Source: Thalassobaculaceae bacterium (GTDB lineage Bacteria; Pseudomonadota; Alphaproteobacteria; Thalassobaculales; Thalassobaculaceae). Taken from it: a stretch of 64,000 nt of DNA. Location: positions 3,888,616 through 3,952,615 of the forward strand of contig OZ245843.1 of NCBI GenBank assembly GCA_965228875.1. The letters run 5' to 3'. The notes under the pieces are model-generated. The model saw only the letters and a list, made by a program, of their open reading frames with translations. It had not been told where the DNA came from and ran no database searches. Positions 28,815 to 37,517 of this stretch are shown here, piece after piece (positions within the stretch are counted from its first letter, which is position 1; the number at the start of each line of letters is the position of its first letter). A program made the translations under genes and the position numbers.

Positions 28815-29714
28815 TCAACGTTCGGCCTTGCGGACCTGCTCACGGTGGAAGACGTAGAGCCCGCTGGCAACCACGATGGCGGCGCCGACGATGGTCCAGC
28901 GGTCCGGCAGATCGCCGAAGACGAGATATCCGGACAGCGTCATCCACAGGATGGCGCTGTAGGTGAACGGCGCCAGGACGGACGCGCCGGCGTAGCGGTG
29001 GGCGATGATGACCAGCCAGTGACCGACCCCGCCGAAGACTCCCATCAACCCCAGCAGCAGCCAGTGCATCGCCGTCTCCGGCGGACTCCACACAAAGGGC
29101 AGGGCCGGGAGGAAGATCACGGCGCCGACCAGCGGCGAATACAGCGAGGTGGTGTCCGAGTGGTCGCGGGCCGCCAGCTTGCGCGTCGCGATGTTGTAGA
29201 GCGCCGCGACCAGGGCATTGCAGAGACAGAGGCCGATCGCCCAGTGAACCTCGGCGGCTCCCGGCCGGATGATGACCAGCACGCCGACGAAGCCGACGGC
29301 GATCGCCGACCAGCGCCGCCAGCCGACCGTCTCGCCGAGGAGCGGTACCGACAGGGCGGCGACCAGCAGCGGCGCGGTGAAGAAGATCGAGGCCGTCGTC
29401 GTCAGCGGCAGATAGCTGACGGCGGTGAAGTTCAGCACCGTCGACATCACCAGCAGGCCGGAGCGGGCGAACTGCAGGCGCGGGTTGGTGGTCGCGAAGA
29501 CCCGGGTGCCCTTGCGCGGCGTCAGGATGGCGATCACCAGGATCGCGTGGCCGATGAAGCGCGCCCAGACGATCTGCAGGGTATCGAGATCGCGGGACAG
29601 CACCTTGGCCGAGGTGTCGAGGCAGGTGAACAGCAGGAAGGCGCCGCACATCAGCGCGATGCCGCGGCCGACATGGCCGTCATCCAGGTAGCTCTGCGAA
29701 GGAGGCGCGGCCAC
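28815..29714 (-). CDS. DMT/EamA family transporter
   Basis: About 10 TM helices; LLGETVGWRRW, GVLVIIRPG and LAPFTYS motifs. Confidence 0.9.
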   Translation of the reverse strand: MAAPPSQSYLDDGHVGRGIALMCGAFLLFTCLDTSAKVLSRDLDTLQIVWARFIGHAILVIAILTPRKGTRVFATTNPRLQFARSGLLVMSTVLNFTAVSYLPLTTTASIFFTAPLLVAALSVPLLGETVGWRRWSAIAVGFVGVLVIIRPGAAEVHWAIGLCLCNALVAALYNIATRKLAARDHSDTTSLYSPLVGAVIFLPALPFVWSPPETAMHWLLLGLMGVFGGVGHWLVIIAHRYAGASVLAPFTYSAILWMTLSGYLVFGDLPDRWTIVGAAIVVASGLYVFHREQVRKAER

Positions 29715-29742
29715 GGGATCCTCAGGTCAGGGGATCCCCGTC

Positions 29743-30501
29743 TTACGCGTTCTCGCCGATGGCGTCGAGGTCGGTGTTGCCGGTCTCGCGCTGTCTCGCG
29801 GCGACCTGGCGGGCCAGCCGCTCCAGCCCGGAATCCGGGATGCCGAGGTCGCGCAGGTGATCGACCGTGTTGAACAGGTATTCGCAGCAGGGGCCAAGGA
29901 ATCCGCCGGCGGTGGCGATGCTCTCCACCGTCTCGCGCTCCGGAAGCTGGCCGCAGTACCGCTCGTGCCGGCGGTTGATGACGAAGCCGATCGTTTCGAT
30001 GGTGCCGTCCTCGGTCTCCGCCTTCAGCCAGCGGGGGCGATAGGCGTAGGTCACCATCTCGCGGCGCCAGACGATCTCGAGCTCGGTCTCGGCGATATCC
30101 CTGGGGATGCGGAAGGCGACGCCACGGCACACGCCACCGCGGTCGAGGCCGAGCACCAGGCCGGGCCGCTCCGGAGTGCCGCGGCCGAGATGGGTGCGCA
30201 GGCAAAAACGCCGGTGCAGGCCGCGCACCGTGGCCCGCCGCTTCTCGGCGAACTCGATGGCCGGGTTCCAGATCAGCGAGCCGTAGCCGAACAGCCAGAC
30301 GTCGCGCTGCGGCCGGCCGCTCGGCGGGAACATGGCGGCGCGGGACTCCGCCAGTTCCGCGTCGCTCAGGGCCTTGAAGCTCGGCTCGTGCCGCTGCACC
30401 AGCTCGCGGATCTGGCCTGAACGCAGGGTGTCGCGGGTCAGGGCCACCTTGAACGGGGTATCGGTGTTCGGTGGTCGGTCGCTTTCGGAGGGATCAGCCA
30501 T
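29743..30501 (-). CDS. chaC: ChaC-family gamma-glutamylcyclotransferase
   Basis: WLFGYGSLIW, RGTPERPGLVLGLD.GG, WRREM and GPCCEYL motifs; start ATG 30501. Confidence 0.88.
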   Translation of the reverse strand: MADPSESDRPPNTDTPFKVALTRDTLRSGQIRELVQRHEPSFKALSDAELAESRAAMFPPSGRPQRDVWLFGYGSLIWNPAIEFAEKRRATVRGLHRRFCLRTHLGRGTPERPGLVLGLDRGGVCRGVAFRIPRDIAETELEIVWRREMVTYAYRPRWLKAETEDGTIETIGFVINRRHERYCGQLPERETVESIATAGGFLGPCCEYLFNTVDHLRDLGIPDSGLERLARQVAARQRETGNTDLDAIGENA

Positions 30502-30605
30502 GGAGGGACGATATAGCTCAGGCCGCGCCGCTGCCGAGCGGGTGGGCGGGAACTGCATTCGTTCCGATGTGGCACGATGTCGTGCGCGTTCGTGGTTGAC
30601 GCCGG

Positions 30606-31421
30606 CTATTCCATGCCGTTCATCCAGGCGTCCCAGAGCTTCTCGCCGATCTGGCAGTCGGTCTCCGCGATGATCCGACCGGACTGCGGGTCCGTCCACT
30701 GAGCCGGCACGAGAGGCGAGGCGGCCGGCGGGCCGGCGATCTCCAGGATCAGCTTGCGGCGGATGGCGCCGGCGAACTCCGCCGGGTGCTGCACGGTGAC
30801 GATGAAGGCGCCGAACCCGCCGATCACGCAGTCCTCGTAGTACAGGTCCAGGTCGCGGACGTCGAAGAAGCCGCTCATGGAGCCGGGCTTCAGCATGATC
30901 GGCAGGCCGTTGATGGTGATCCCCCGGGCGACCGCCGCGTCCCGGGCGTCGGTGACCAGGAAGCCGCTGTTGTTCGGGCCGTCGCCGGAGATGTCGATCA
31001 CCCGCCGCGCGGCGACGAAGCCGGACTCCTCGAACGCGGCGGCGGAGAAGGTGAGGGCGTCGCTGATCGAGGTGCGGCGCATGCGCTGAAGCGGGATCGC
31101 GGCGAGCCGGTCCGCCACCCGCGCGGCGGCCTCGGCTCCGTCGATCAGGGTCCAGGGCACCAGGACCGCCTGCAATCCCTGACCGGCCCATTCCACATAG
31201 GTGACGGCGATCCGGCCGAGCGGTCCGCTCCCGATCGCGCGGATCACCTCCGGGTCGCGCAGGGCGGCGACATAACCGGCCCGCTGCAGGCGCTGCTCGT
31301 CCTCGTCCATGGAGCGGGAGGTGTCGACGGCGAGCACGAGCTGCAGGTCGACCGTGGTCTGGGCCGCCGCCCCAAGCGGCGCCAGACAGAGCAGGCCGAC
31401 AACCAGAAGCAGGCGGAGCAT
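30606..31421 (-). CDS. DUF1194 (vWA-like) exported protein
   Basis: Signal peptide; LVLAVDTSRS (MIDAS), RRVIDISGDGPNN, INGLPI and YYEDCVIGG motifs. Confidence 0.9.
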   Translation of the reverse strand: MLRLLLVVGLLCLAPLGAAAQTTVDLQLVLAVDTSRSMDEDEQRLQRAGYVAALRDPEVIRAIGSGPLGRIAVTYVEWAGQGLQAVLVPWTLIDGAEAAARVADRLAAIPLQRMRRTSISDALTFSAAAFEESGFVAARRVIDISGDGPNNSGFLVTDARDAAVARGITINGLPIMLKPGSMSGFFDVRDLDLYYEDCVIGGFGAFIVTVQHPAEFAGAIRRKLILEIAGPPAASPLVPAQWTDPQSGRIIAETDCQIGEKLWDAWMNGME

Positions 31422-31436
31422 GGCGCGTACTCCGGT

Positions 31437-32435
31437 TCAGTACCCCAGTTTCGGACGGACCCTGTTGCGCAGCGGCTTACCGTCGAGCAGGCGCCCGAGG
31501 TTGTCGAACACGAGGTCCAGTGTCTTGGGAATATAGCTCGTATCGTCGTCGGACGAGACGTGCGGCGTCAGAATCAGGTTCGGCACGTCCCAGAGCGGGG
31601 AGTCCGGCGTCAGCGGTTCGGGGTCGTGGACGTCCAGCACGGCCCCGCCCAGGCGCCCGTCCGTCAGCCGCTCCGCCAGGGCGCCGTGGTCGAGCACCGG
31701 GGCCCGGCCGAAGTTCACCAGTCCCGCCCCCGGCTTCATCGCGTCCAGGGCCGCGGCGCCGATCAGCCCGCGGGTCTCCTCGGTCATCGGCAGGGTGACG
31801 TGAACGAAATCCGCCTCGGCGAGGACGGCGTGCAGGTCCTCCGGCCCGGCCATCCGGTCGACGAAGCGGCGCGGCCGCGCGCCCCGGCGCACGCCCAGGA
31901 CCCTGAGGCCGACGCTCTTGAACGCCCTGGCCGCCGCGTGTCCCATCTCGCCGACGCCGATCACCGCCACCGTCTTGCCGGCGACCGGCGTGGCGAATTC
32001 GGGCGCCCACCGGCGGTGGCGCTGGTCGGTGACGTAGGCGGGGATCCGGTTGTTCAGCATCAGCACCGCCATCAGCGCGGACTCGGCGGTCTTCTCGGCA
32101 TGCACCCCGCGGTTGTTCGTCAGGGTCACCCCCGCCGGCAGCCAGTCGAGCGGCCGCAGATGCTCGACCCCGGCGCCGATGATGTGGATCCACCTCAGGT
32201 CCGGCGCCCGCGCGGCCAGGTCTTCGGTCGGCAGGTCCCAGGTCACCAGCGCGTTGGCCGTCGCCATGCTCTCGTCGAACCGGTCCAGGTCCCAGTCGAT
32301 GAGGCTGTCGACGCGTGCGGCGACGGCCGGGCGCCGGGACGCGGCCTCCGCCAGGCGCTCATCTGTGATGCGGAACACCAGCTCGCCGGCGCGGTTGTTC
32401 TTGACGTGCAGGCGCACGCGGTCACGTCCGGACAC
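31437..32435 (-). CDS. D-2-hydroxyacid dehydrogenase family protein
   Basis: AGVEH, IGVGEMG, NFGRA, LDV..PEPL and TPHVS motifs. Confidence 0.9.
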   Translation of the reverse strand: MSGRDRVRLHVKNNRAGELVFRITDERLAEAASRRPAVAARVDSLIDWDLDRFDESMATANALVTWDLPTEDLAARAPDLRWIHIIGAGVEHLRPLDWLPAGVTLTNNRGVHAEKTAESALMAVLMLNNRIPAYVTDQRHRRWAPEFATPVAGKTVAVIGVGEMGHAAARAFKSVGLRVLGVRRGARPRRFVDRMAGPEDLHAVLAEADFVHVTLPMTEETRGLIGAAALDAMKPGAGLVNFGRAPVLDHGALAERLTDGRLGGAVLDVHDPEPLTPDSPLWDVPNLILTPHVSSDDDTSYIPKTLDLVFDNLGRLLDGKPLRNRVRPKLGY

Positions 32436-32518
32436 TCAACCCTCCCTTGTTGTCGGGCATAATGGTAAGGGTCATCGTCTCTTCGGCCCATCCCCCGCGT
32501 ACGCCCGAGCAAACCGTC

Positions 32519-33433
32519 ATGTCCGACCCGTCCAGTTCTTCATCGTGCGATCAGACCCCGCCGGACCGGGTGCTGCTCGGCATCGGCCTGATGCTGCTGT
32601 CGGTGGCGCTGCTGCCGATCATGGAGGGTCTGGCCAAATCCATGAGCGATCGTTTCGCCGTCGTTCAGCTCGTGTTCGCCCGCTTCTTCTTTCAGTCGCT
32701 TTTCATCGTACCGGTCGCCGCCGTGCGCCACGGCCGCGACCTGCGGCGGGGCAACAGGATGGGACTGCAGGTCGCGCGCGGTCTGTCGATCCTCGCCGGG
32801 ACCGGGTTCTTCTACTGGTCATTGCGCACCCTGCCTCTGGCCGACGGCCTGGCGCTGATGTTCGTCGCCCCGTTGGTGGTCACCGCGATCTCCGCCCTGG
32901 TCCTCGGCGAGCGGGTCGGGGCGCGGCGCTGGGGCGCGGTGCTGGTCGGGTTTCTCGGCGTGCTGGTCATTCTGCGGCCGGGTCTCGGCGTGTTCCAGCC
33001 GGCGGCGCTCCTCGCGCTTGCGGCCGGCGGGTGCGTCGCCGCCTACGCGCTGCTGACGCGCCACCTGGCCACCGCCGCGCCGCCCCTGGTCACGCTGGCC
33101 TACACGTCGCTGGTCGGCATGCTCGGCACCGCTCTGCTTCTGCCGCTCGTGTGGAGCACGCCGGAGGCCGGTGACTGGGTCCGCATGGCGGTCATGGGAT
33201 CGGTCGGCGCGTTCGGTCACTACTTCATGATCCGGGCGTTCGAGCAGGCGCCGGCGTCGGTCATCTCGCCCTTCATCTATGCCGAGATCCTGATGGCGAC
33301 GGCGATCGGCTACCTGTGGTTCGGCGATTTCCCGGACGCTGCCACCTGGACCGGAATCGCCATCCTGATCGCCAGCGGCGTCTACCTGTCCTGGCGCGAG
33401 CATGTCGCGCAGCGGCGGTCCCGCGCCGGCTGA
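32519..33433 (+). CDS. DMT/EamA family transporter
   Basis: About 10 TM helices; LGERVGARRW, GVLVILRPG and SPFIY motifs. Confidence 0.9.
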   Translation: MSDPSSSSSCDQTPPDRVLLGIGLMLLSVALLPIMEGLAKSMSDRFAVVQLVFARFFFQSLFIVPVAAVRHGRDLRRGNRMGLQVARGLSILAGTGFFYWSLRTLPLADGLALMFVAPLVVTAISALVLGERVGARRWGAVLVGFLGVLVILRPGLGVFQPAALLALAAGGCVAAYALLTRHLATAAPPLVTLAYTSLVGMLGTALLLPLVWSTPEAGDWVRMAVMGSVGAFGHYFMIRAFEQAPASVISPFIYAEILMATAIGYLWFGDFPDAATWTGIAILIASGVYLSWREHVAQRRSRAG

Positions 33434-33458
33434 CCCGTCGCACCGAGGGCGGGGCCCT

Positions 33459-34340
33459 TCAGAAGCCGTAGAGCCTGGCCGGGTTGTCCACCAGGACGGC
33501 GCGCCGCCGCTCGGCGTCGGGGACCCAGACGGCGAGCGCGTCCATCAGGTCGCCGTCGTTCGGCATCGGGATGTGGACGAAGGGGTGCGGCCAGTCGGTC
33601 CCCCAGACGCACCGGTCCGGCGCGGCCTCGGCCAGCGCCCGGGCGATCGGCACCACGTCGTCGTAGGGCGGGGTCTCGCGTCGGGTACTGCGGTAGGCGC
33701 CCGACAGCTTGACCCAGGTCCGGCCGGCCCGAAGCAGGTCCAGCAGCGTGGCGAAGCCCGGCGCGTCGACGCCCTTGGTCGGGTCCATGTGGCCCATGTG
33801 GTCGACGACGATTTCGACCGGCAGATCGCCATAGGTGGCGAGATCGAAGGTCGATACGTCCACCAGAAACTGGATATGCCAGCCCATCTCCGCGATGCGG
33901 TCGGCCATGGCCCGGATCTCGTCGGCCGGCGGTCCGCCCTTGTACAGCAGGTTGTAGCGCACGCCGCGCACCCCCAGCCCGTCGAGCCGCCGCAGCGTCG
34001 CATCGTCGACCCCGGCCGGCAGAACGGCGATCCCGCGCATCTCGACGCCGCTCCACCCGGCGGCCTCGGCAAGGAGCCATTCGGTGATGGCGTTGTCGGT
34101 GCCGTAGACGCTGGGATGGATGGTGACGCAGCGGCTGACCCCGAGGGTGTCGATCAGGTGGCGGTACGCCTCGGCCGGGTGGTCGGGCGGCGTGTAGGTC
34201 CGCTCCGCGGTGTAGGGAAACCGGTCGGCCGGTCCGAAAACATGGAAATGGCAGTCGGTGGCATCGGCCGGCACAGTGAAGCGAGGCGGCCGCGGGGCGG
34301 GATCCGCCGGCTGGCAGACGGGAATGTCGGGTTCGGTCAT
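33459..34340 (-). CDS. Amidohydrolase_2 family lactonase (LigI/2-pyrone-4,6-dicarboxylate hydrolase-like)
   Basis: DCHFHVFG, PSVYGTDN, GVRYN, VVDHMG, WVKLSGAYR and WGTDWPHP motifs. Confidence 0.85.
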   Translation of the reverse strand: MTEPDIPVCQPADPAPRPPRFTVPADATDCHFHVFGPADRFPYTAERTYTPPDHPAEAYRHLIDTLGVSRCVTIHPSVYGTDNAITEWLLAEAAGWSGVEMRGIAVLPAGVDDATLRRLDGLGVRGVRYNLLYKGGPPADEIRAMADRIAEMGWHIQFLVDVSTFDLATYGDLPVEIVVDHMGHMDPTKGVDAPGFATLLDLLRAGRTWVKLSGAYRSTRRETPPYDDVVPIARALAEAAPDRCVWGTDWPHPFVHIPMPNDGDLMDALAVWVPDAERRRAVLVDNPARLYGF

Positions 34341-34472
34341 GGCGCGGATCGTCGCCCGGCCGGAGCGGGAAGTAAACCGGACGGTGGCGCGATTTACATA
34401 TCGCGGAGACCGCCCTATGTTTTTCGCCGCAATTTTCAGGAGCCACGGGAGAGGCCGAGAACCGGCGCGCGC

Positions 34473-34961
34473 ATGCCCGAAAAAATCGACTTCTCCAAGG
34501 TGAGCTTCCTGATCGTCGACCAGAACAAGCTGTCGACGCAGCTGCTTCGCGACATTCTTGCCATGCTGGAGGTGACGCGGGTTCGCAGCGTCACCTCGGT
34601 CGAGCGCGCGCGCAACGTGATGCGCGGCGAACCGGTCGACATCGTCATCACCGAGTACCACATGGAACCGGAGACCGGGATCGACATGATCGACTGGGTG
34701 AGGACCGGGATCGACTCGCCCGACCGCATGATCCCGATCATCATGCTGACGGCGAACTCGGAGGAAGAGTACGTCATGCGGGCACGCGACCGCGGAGTGA
34801 CGGAGTTCCTAGCCAAGCCATTCAACGTCGAGGGCCTCTACCGTCGCCTTGTTTCGGTCATCGCGCGGCCGCGGGCGTTCGTCAACGTGGACGGATACTT
34901 CGGACCGGACCGTCGCCGGCGCCAGGTTCCGTTCGACGGCCCGGACCGCAGGGGCCTGTAA
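34473..34961 (+). CDS. CheY-like receiver with Arg-rich C-terminal extension (Cle-like, probable c-di-GMP effector); phospho-Asp replaced by Glu
   Basis: FLIVDQN, DIVITEYHM, IIMLTA and FLAKPF, then YFGPDRRRR...FDGPDRR. Confidence 0.8.
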   Translation: MPEKIDFSKVSFLIVDQNKLSTQLLRDILAMLEVTRVRSVTSVERARNVMRGEPVDIVITEYHMEPETGIDMIDWVRTGIDSPDRMIPIIMLTANSEEEYVMRARDRGVTEFLAKPFNVEGLYRRLVSVIARPRAFVNVDGYFGPDRRRRQVPFDGPDRRGL

Positions 34962-34996
34962 TGACCGGTCGACCGATGGGGATGGGACGCTGAGCC

Positions 34997-35491
34997 ATGG
35001 CCCGACGGGCACAGATCATCCCTCCGCGGCCGGACCTGCGGCGTAAGGCGGTCAACTTCACCAAGGGGTTCGAGTTCAAGCTTCCGCCGGCGATGGTGCA
35101 GAAGCTCGAAGAGGTCGTGCACAAGGCGCGCGACACCTTCACCGCCGATATCGCGCAGCGCCTGGTGGAGATGCGGGCCGCCCTTCGCGAGGCTGAGAAC
35201 GGCGAGCAGGAGGCGGGCAGCGCCCTGGCGGTCATCTACGGCCATTCGCTCGACATCAAGGGAGCCGGCGGCACGATCGGGTACGACCTGCTGACGGCGA
35301 TCGGCAAGTCGCTCAACGACTTCGTCGCCCACGCGCCCGAACTGGACCGTCGGCGCATCGACATCGTCGACCTGCACATCGACGCTCTCTACGTGGTGCT
35401 GGCCAACAGCATCACGGGGCGCGGCGGGCCGACCGAAGCGGCGGTGCTCAAGGCATTCTCCGAGGTCAGGGCGAAGTTCTCCGAGGAGTGA
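34997..35491 (+). CDS. Hpt-like protein lacking the canonical His
   Basis: Helical protein; IYGHSLDIKGAGGTIGYDLLT aligns with the xHDxKGxGGTxGY Hpt motif. Confidence 0.7.
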   Translation: MARRAQIIPPRPDLRRKAVNFTKGFEFKLPPAMVQKLEEVVHKARDTFTADIAQRLVEMRAALREAENGEQEAGSALAVIYGHSLDIKGAGGTIGYDLLTAIGKSLNDFVAHAPELDRRRIDIVDLHIDALYVVLANSITGRGGPTEAAVLKAFSEVRAKFSEE

Positions 35492-35581
35492 GCGCGCGCT
35501 TGCCGGCTGACAAACCTCACGCCGTGGCCTAGGATTTACGGGCCGATGGGATCGAACCTCCAATGGCTGGATGGGGAACGA

Positions 35582-35950
35582 ATGTCTGAGATCGACCCGC
35601 TGGACCGTCGCGCCCTGGGCGTGCTCTCGGAGACGGTCAATGCCGAGCTCGGTGCCGGCAGCATCGTCGCGCGGGAGGTCAGCCGCGCCTATCGCTCCGG
35701 CCGCCGGGCGGATCTGCGCACCGCCTCGGCGGCCTTCGATGCCCTGCCGTCGTGGCAACGCTCGAGCATCGGAGACGACGCCACCAGACGGGCCCGCCGG
35801 CTTCACGCGACGGCCGCGGAGGCGCGGCGCACGCCGGTGCGCGAGAACGTGCGCGACACCGCCCGCGACTGGCAGGACCTTCGGGAGAGCCGCGACAGGG
35901 TCGTGATTCCGTCTCCGCCTCGGTTCCTGAAGCCCCGCGTGACGCGCTGA
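35582..35950 (+). CDS. Hypothetical protein
   Basis: ORF with typical codon usage and GGGGAA upstream of ATG 35582 (alternative start 35546). Confidence 0.6.
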   Translation: MSEIDPLDRRALGVLSETVNAELGAGSIVAREVSRAYRSGRRADLRTASAAFDALPSWQRSSIGDDATRRARRLHATAAEARRTPVRENVRDTARDWQDLRESRDRVVIPSPPRFLKPRVTR

Positions 35951-36246
35951 TGGCGGGGGCGCCTCGCGCGCCCACCGAAATTCGGACTCGTTGGCACTTC
36001 AAAAAATCCGCATTATGTCTATAGTCCGCGGCGACGAGAGGGCCGGGGTCGCCTGGTGAGCATGACGGGTGAGCATGACAAGCCGGCGTCGTCCCCGGAA
36101 CAGCGGACGGGTTCCTCGTCGCATAGTCTGCGGTGTGGCATAGGTCATAGACGTGCCGAGTTCCGCGCGGTGACCATGCGACGAGAGGTACGGTAGGGAG
36201 GACGCCGTCGGTCGGCGACGTCCAGGACGCGTACCGGAACATTGGG

Positions 36247-36897
36247 ATGAAAGCGATGCGTGGCAGGAACGCGGCACCGATCAATCAGCAGCCATCGGTC
36301 GTGGAGTATTTCGCGAAGGAGTTCGCGCGCTTCCTCAACAACGTTCAGAACGGGGAGGTCGACTTCCTCGGCTCATTCCTGATCGAGAACGAGTGGGAGA
36401 ACTATCGCAAGGACGCCGAGGAGGTGATCGAATCGCTGAGCCTCGCCGGATTCGTGATTCTGCCCCGGGTTCCGACCGATGCGATGGTGCAGGCCGCGGA
36501 CCAGACCCTGTCGAAGGGGATGATGGCCTCGGCGTCGCGGACCTATGTGAGCGCCGTCTGGGGGGCGATGATCACCGAATGGATCGAGAGCCGGAACTCG
36601 AACCTGATCCTCGACATCTTTTCCATGGCGCTGTCGCGGGCATCCAGCCCGGGGAAGAAGGATTCCGGCAAGTTCGACTCGTCGTTCCAGCGCTTCCGCA
36701 AGCAGAGCCAGGACATCATGGCCAGCCTGGAGAAGACAGGACTGGCGATCTGCCCCGATGAGGCGGCGCCGAACATGGTGAGTGCCGGCGTCGCGGAGAC
36801 GGCCGAGCACCGGTCGCGGACCAACCAGCAGATCGGTGCCGACCCGACCTACATCGCCAATCTCTACGAGAACATGGTGAAGGCGCGTCCGGTCTGA
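36247..36897 (+). CDS. Hypothetical protein with an internal duplication
   Basis: Strong GC3 bias; two similar segments SLxxxGxxIxPxxxxxxMVxA...Y...(W/Y)xxM. Confidence 0.78.
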   Translation: MKAMRGRNAAPINQQPSVVEYFAKEFARFLNNVQNGEVDFLGSFLIENEWENYRKDAEEVIESLSLAGFVILPRVPTDAMVQAADQTLSKGMMASASRTYVSAVWGAMITEWIESRNSNLILDIFSMALSRASSPGKKDSGKFDSSFQRFRKQSQDIMASLEKTGLAICPDEAAPNMVSAGVAETAEHRSRTNQQIGADPTYIANLYENMVKARPV

Positions 36898-36932
36898 GGC
36901 GGTCTCGCCGACCGGGCCGCGGCCCGATGCCG

Positions 36933-37343
36933 TCAGCCCGAGGGCTTGCGGCGATAGGCTGAAGCCAGCAACGTGACCGCCTGCTTGTGCCGGGCGCTAC
37001 CCTGCGCCGGCGGGGCGGCGCTCTGACGGGTGCTGGACATGGTCTGGCCCCGGCGGGAGCCGATCGCGGCCAGCAGGTCGGCCTCGGCGATCTGCGACTT
37101 GCGCCCCTTGCCCCCCTTCTTGCGTCCCGTCCCGCCGATGGCATGACCGTCGGAGGCCCCGGTCGCGCGCTGCACCGCGAGTGCGGTCAGGTTGGCCATC
37201 AGCGGCGCGGTCAGGGCCCGATACAGCTTCTCGTCGGCATCGGCCCAGACCCGCAGCAGCAGCGCCGCCTCGTGACGGTTGCCGTCGGCCGCCTCGACCG
37301 CCTCCAGCGCCTTGGCCTTCACGTAGTCCTGACCGCGTGCCAT
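36933..37343 (-). CDS. Hypothetical basic protein
   Basis: GGAGG RBS upstream of ATG; Lys/Gly-rich linker; no family recognised. Confidence 0.7.
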   Translation of the reverse strand: MARGQDYVKAKALEAVEAADGNRHEAALLLRVWADADEKLYRALTAPLMANLTALAVQRATGASDGHAIGGTGRKKGGKGRKSQIAEADLLAAIGSRRGQTMSSTRQSAAPPAQGSARHKQAVTLLASAYRRKPSG

Positions 37344-37517
37344 CGCCGCCTCCCGAGCCTCCGCTACCGGATCCCTGCCACCGGAGCCCTGCCACCGGAT
37401 CTATCCCGGCCGGTGCAACGTCCGAGGATATCAATCTTTCGCGGATTCGACACGCTCCGACTGGACATCCGGCGGCGATGGACCAAGCTCTGTCAGAAGC
37501 GATGGAGGAGGTGCGTC

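Noticed and set aside
35991..36010. Sigma54-like TTGGCAC
   Set aside because: No TTGC at the -12 position; the same applies to TGGCAC near 30570 and 49875.
36016..36151. 6S RNA
   Set aside because: Rod-like pairing is present, but it lacks the usual zapA/ygfA context and I recognised no conserved 6S motifs; kept only as a generic structured-RNA candidate.
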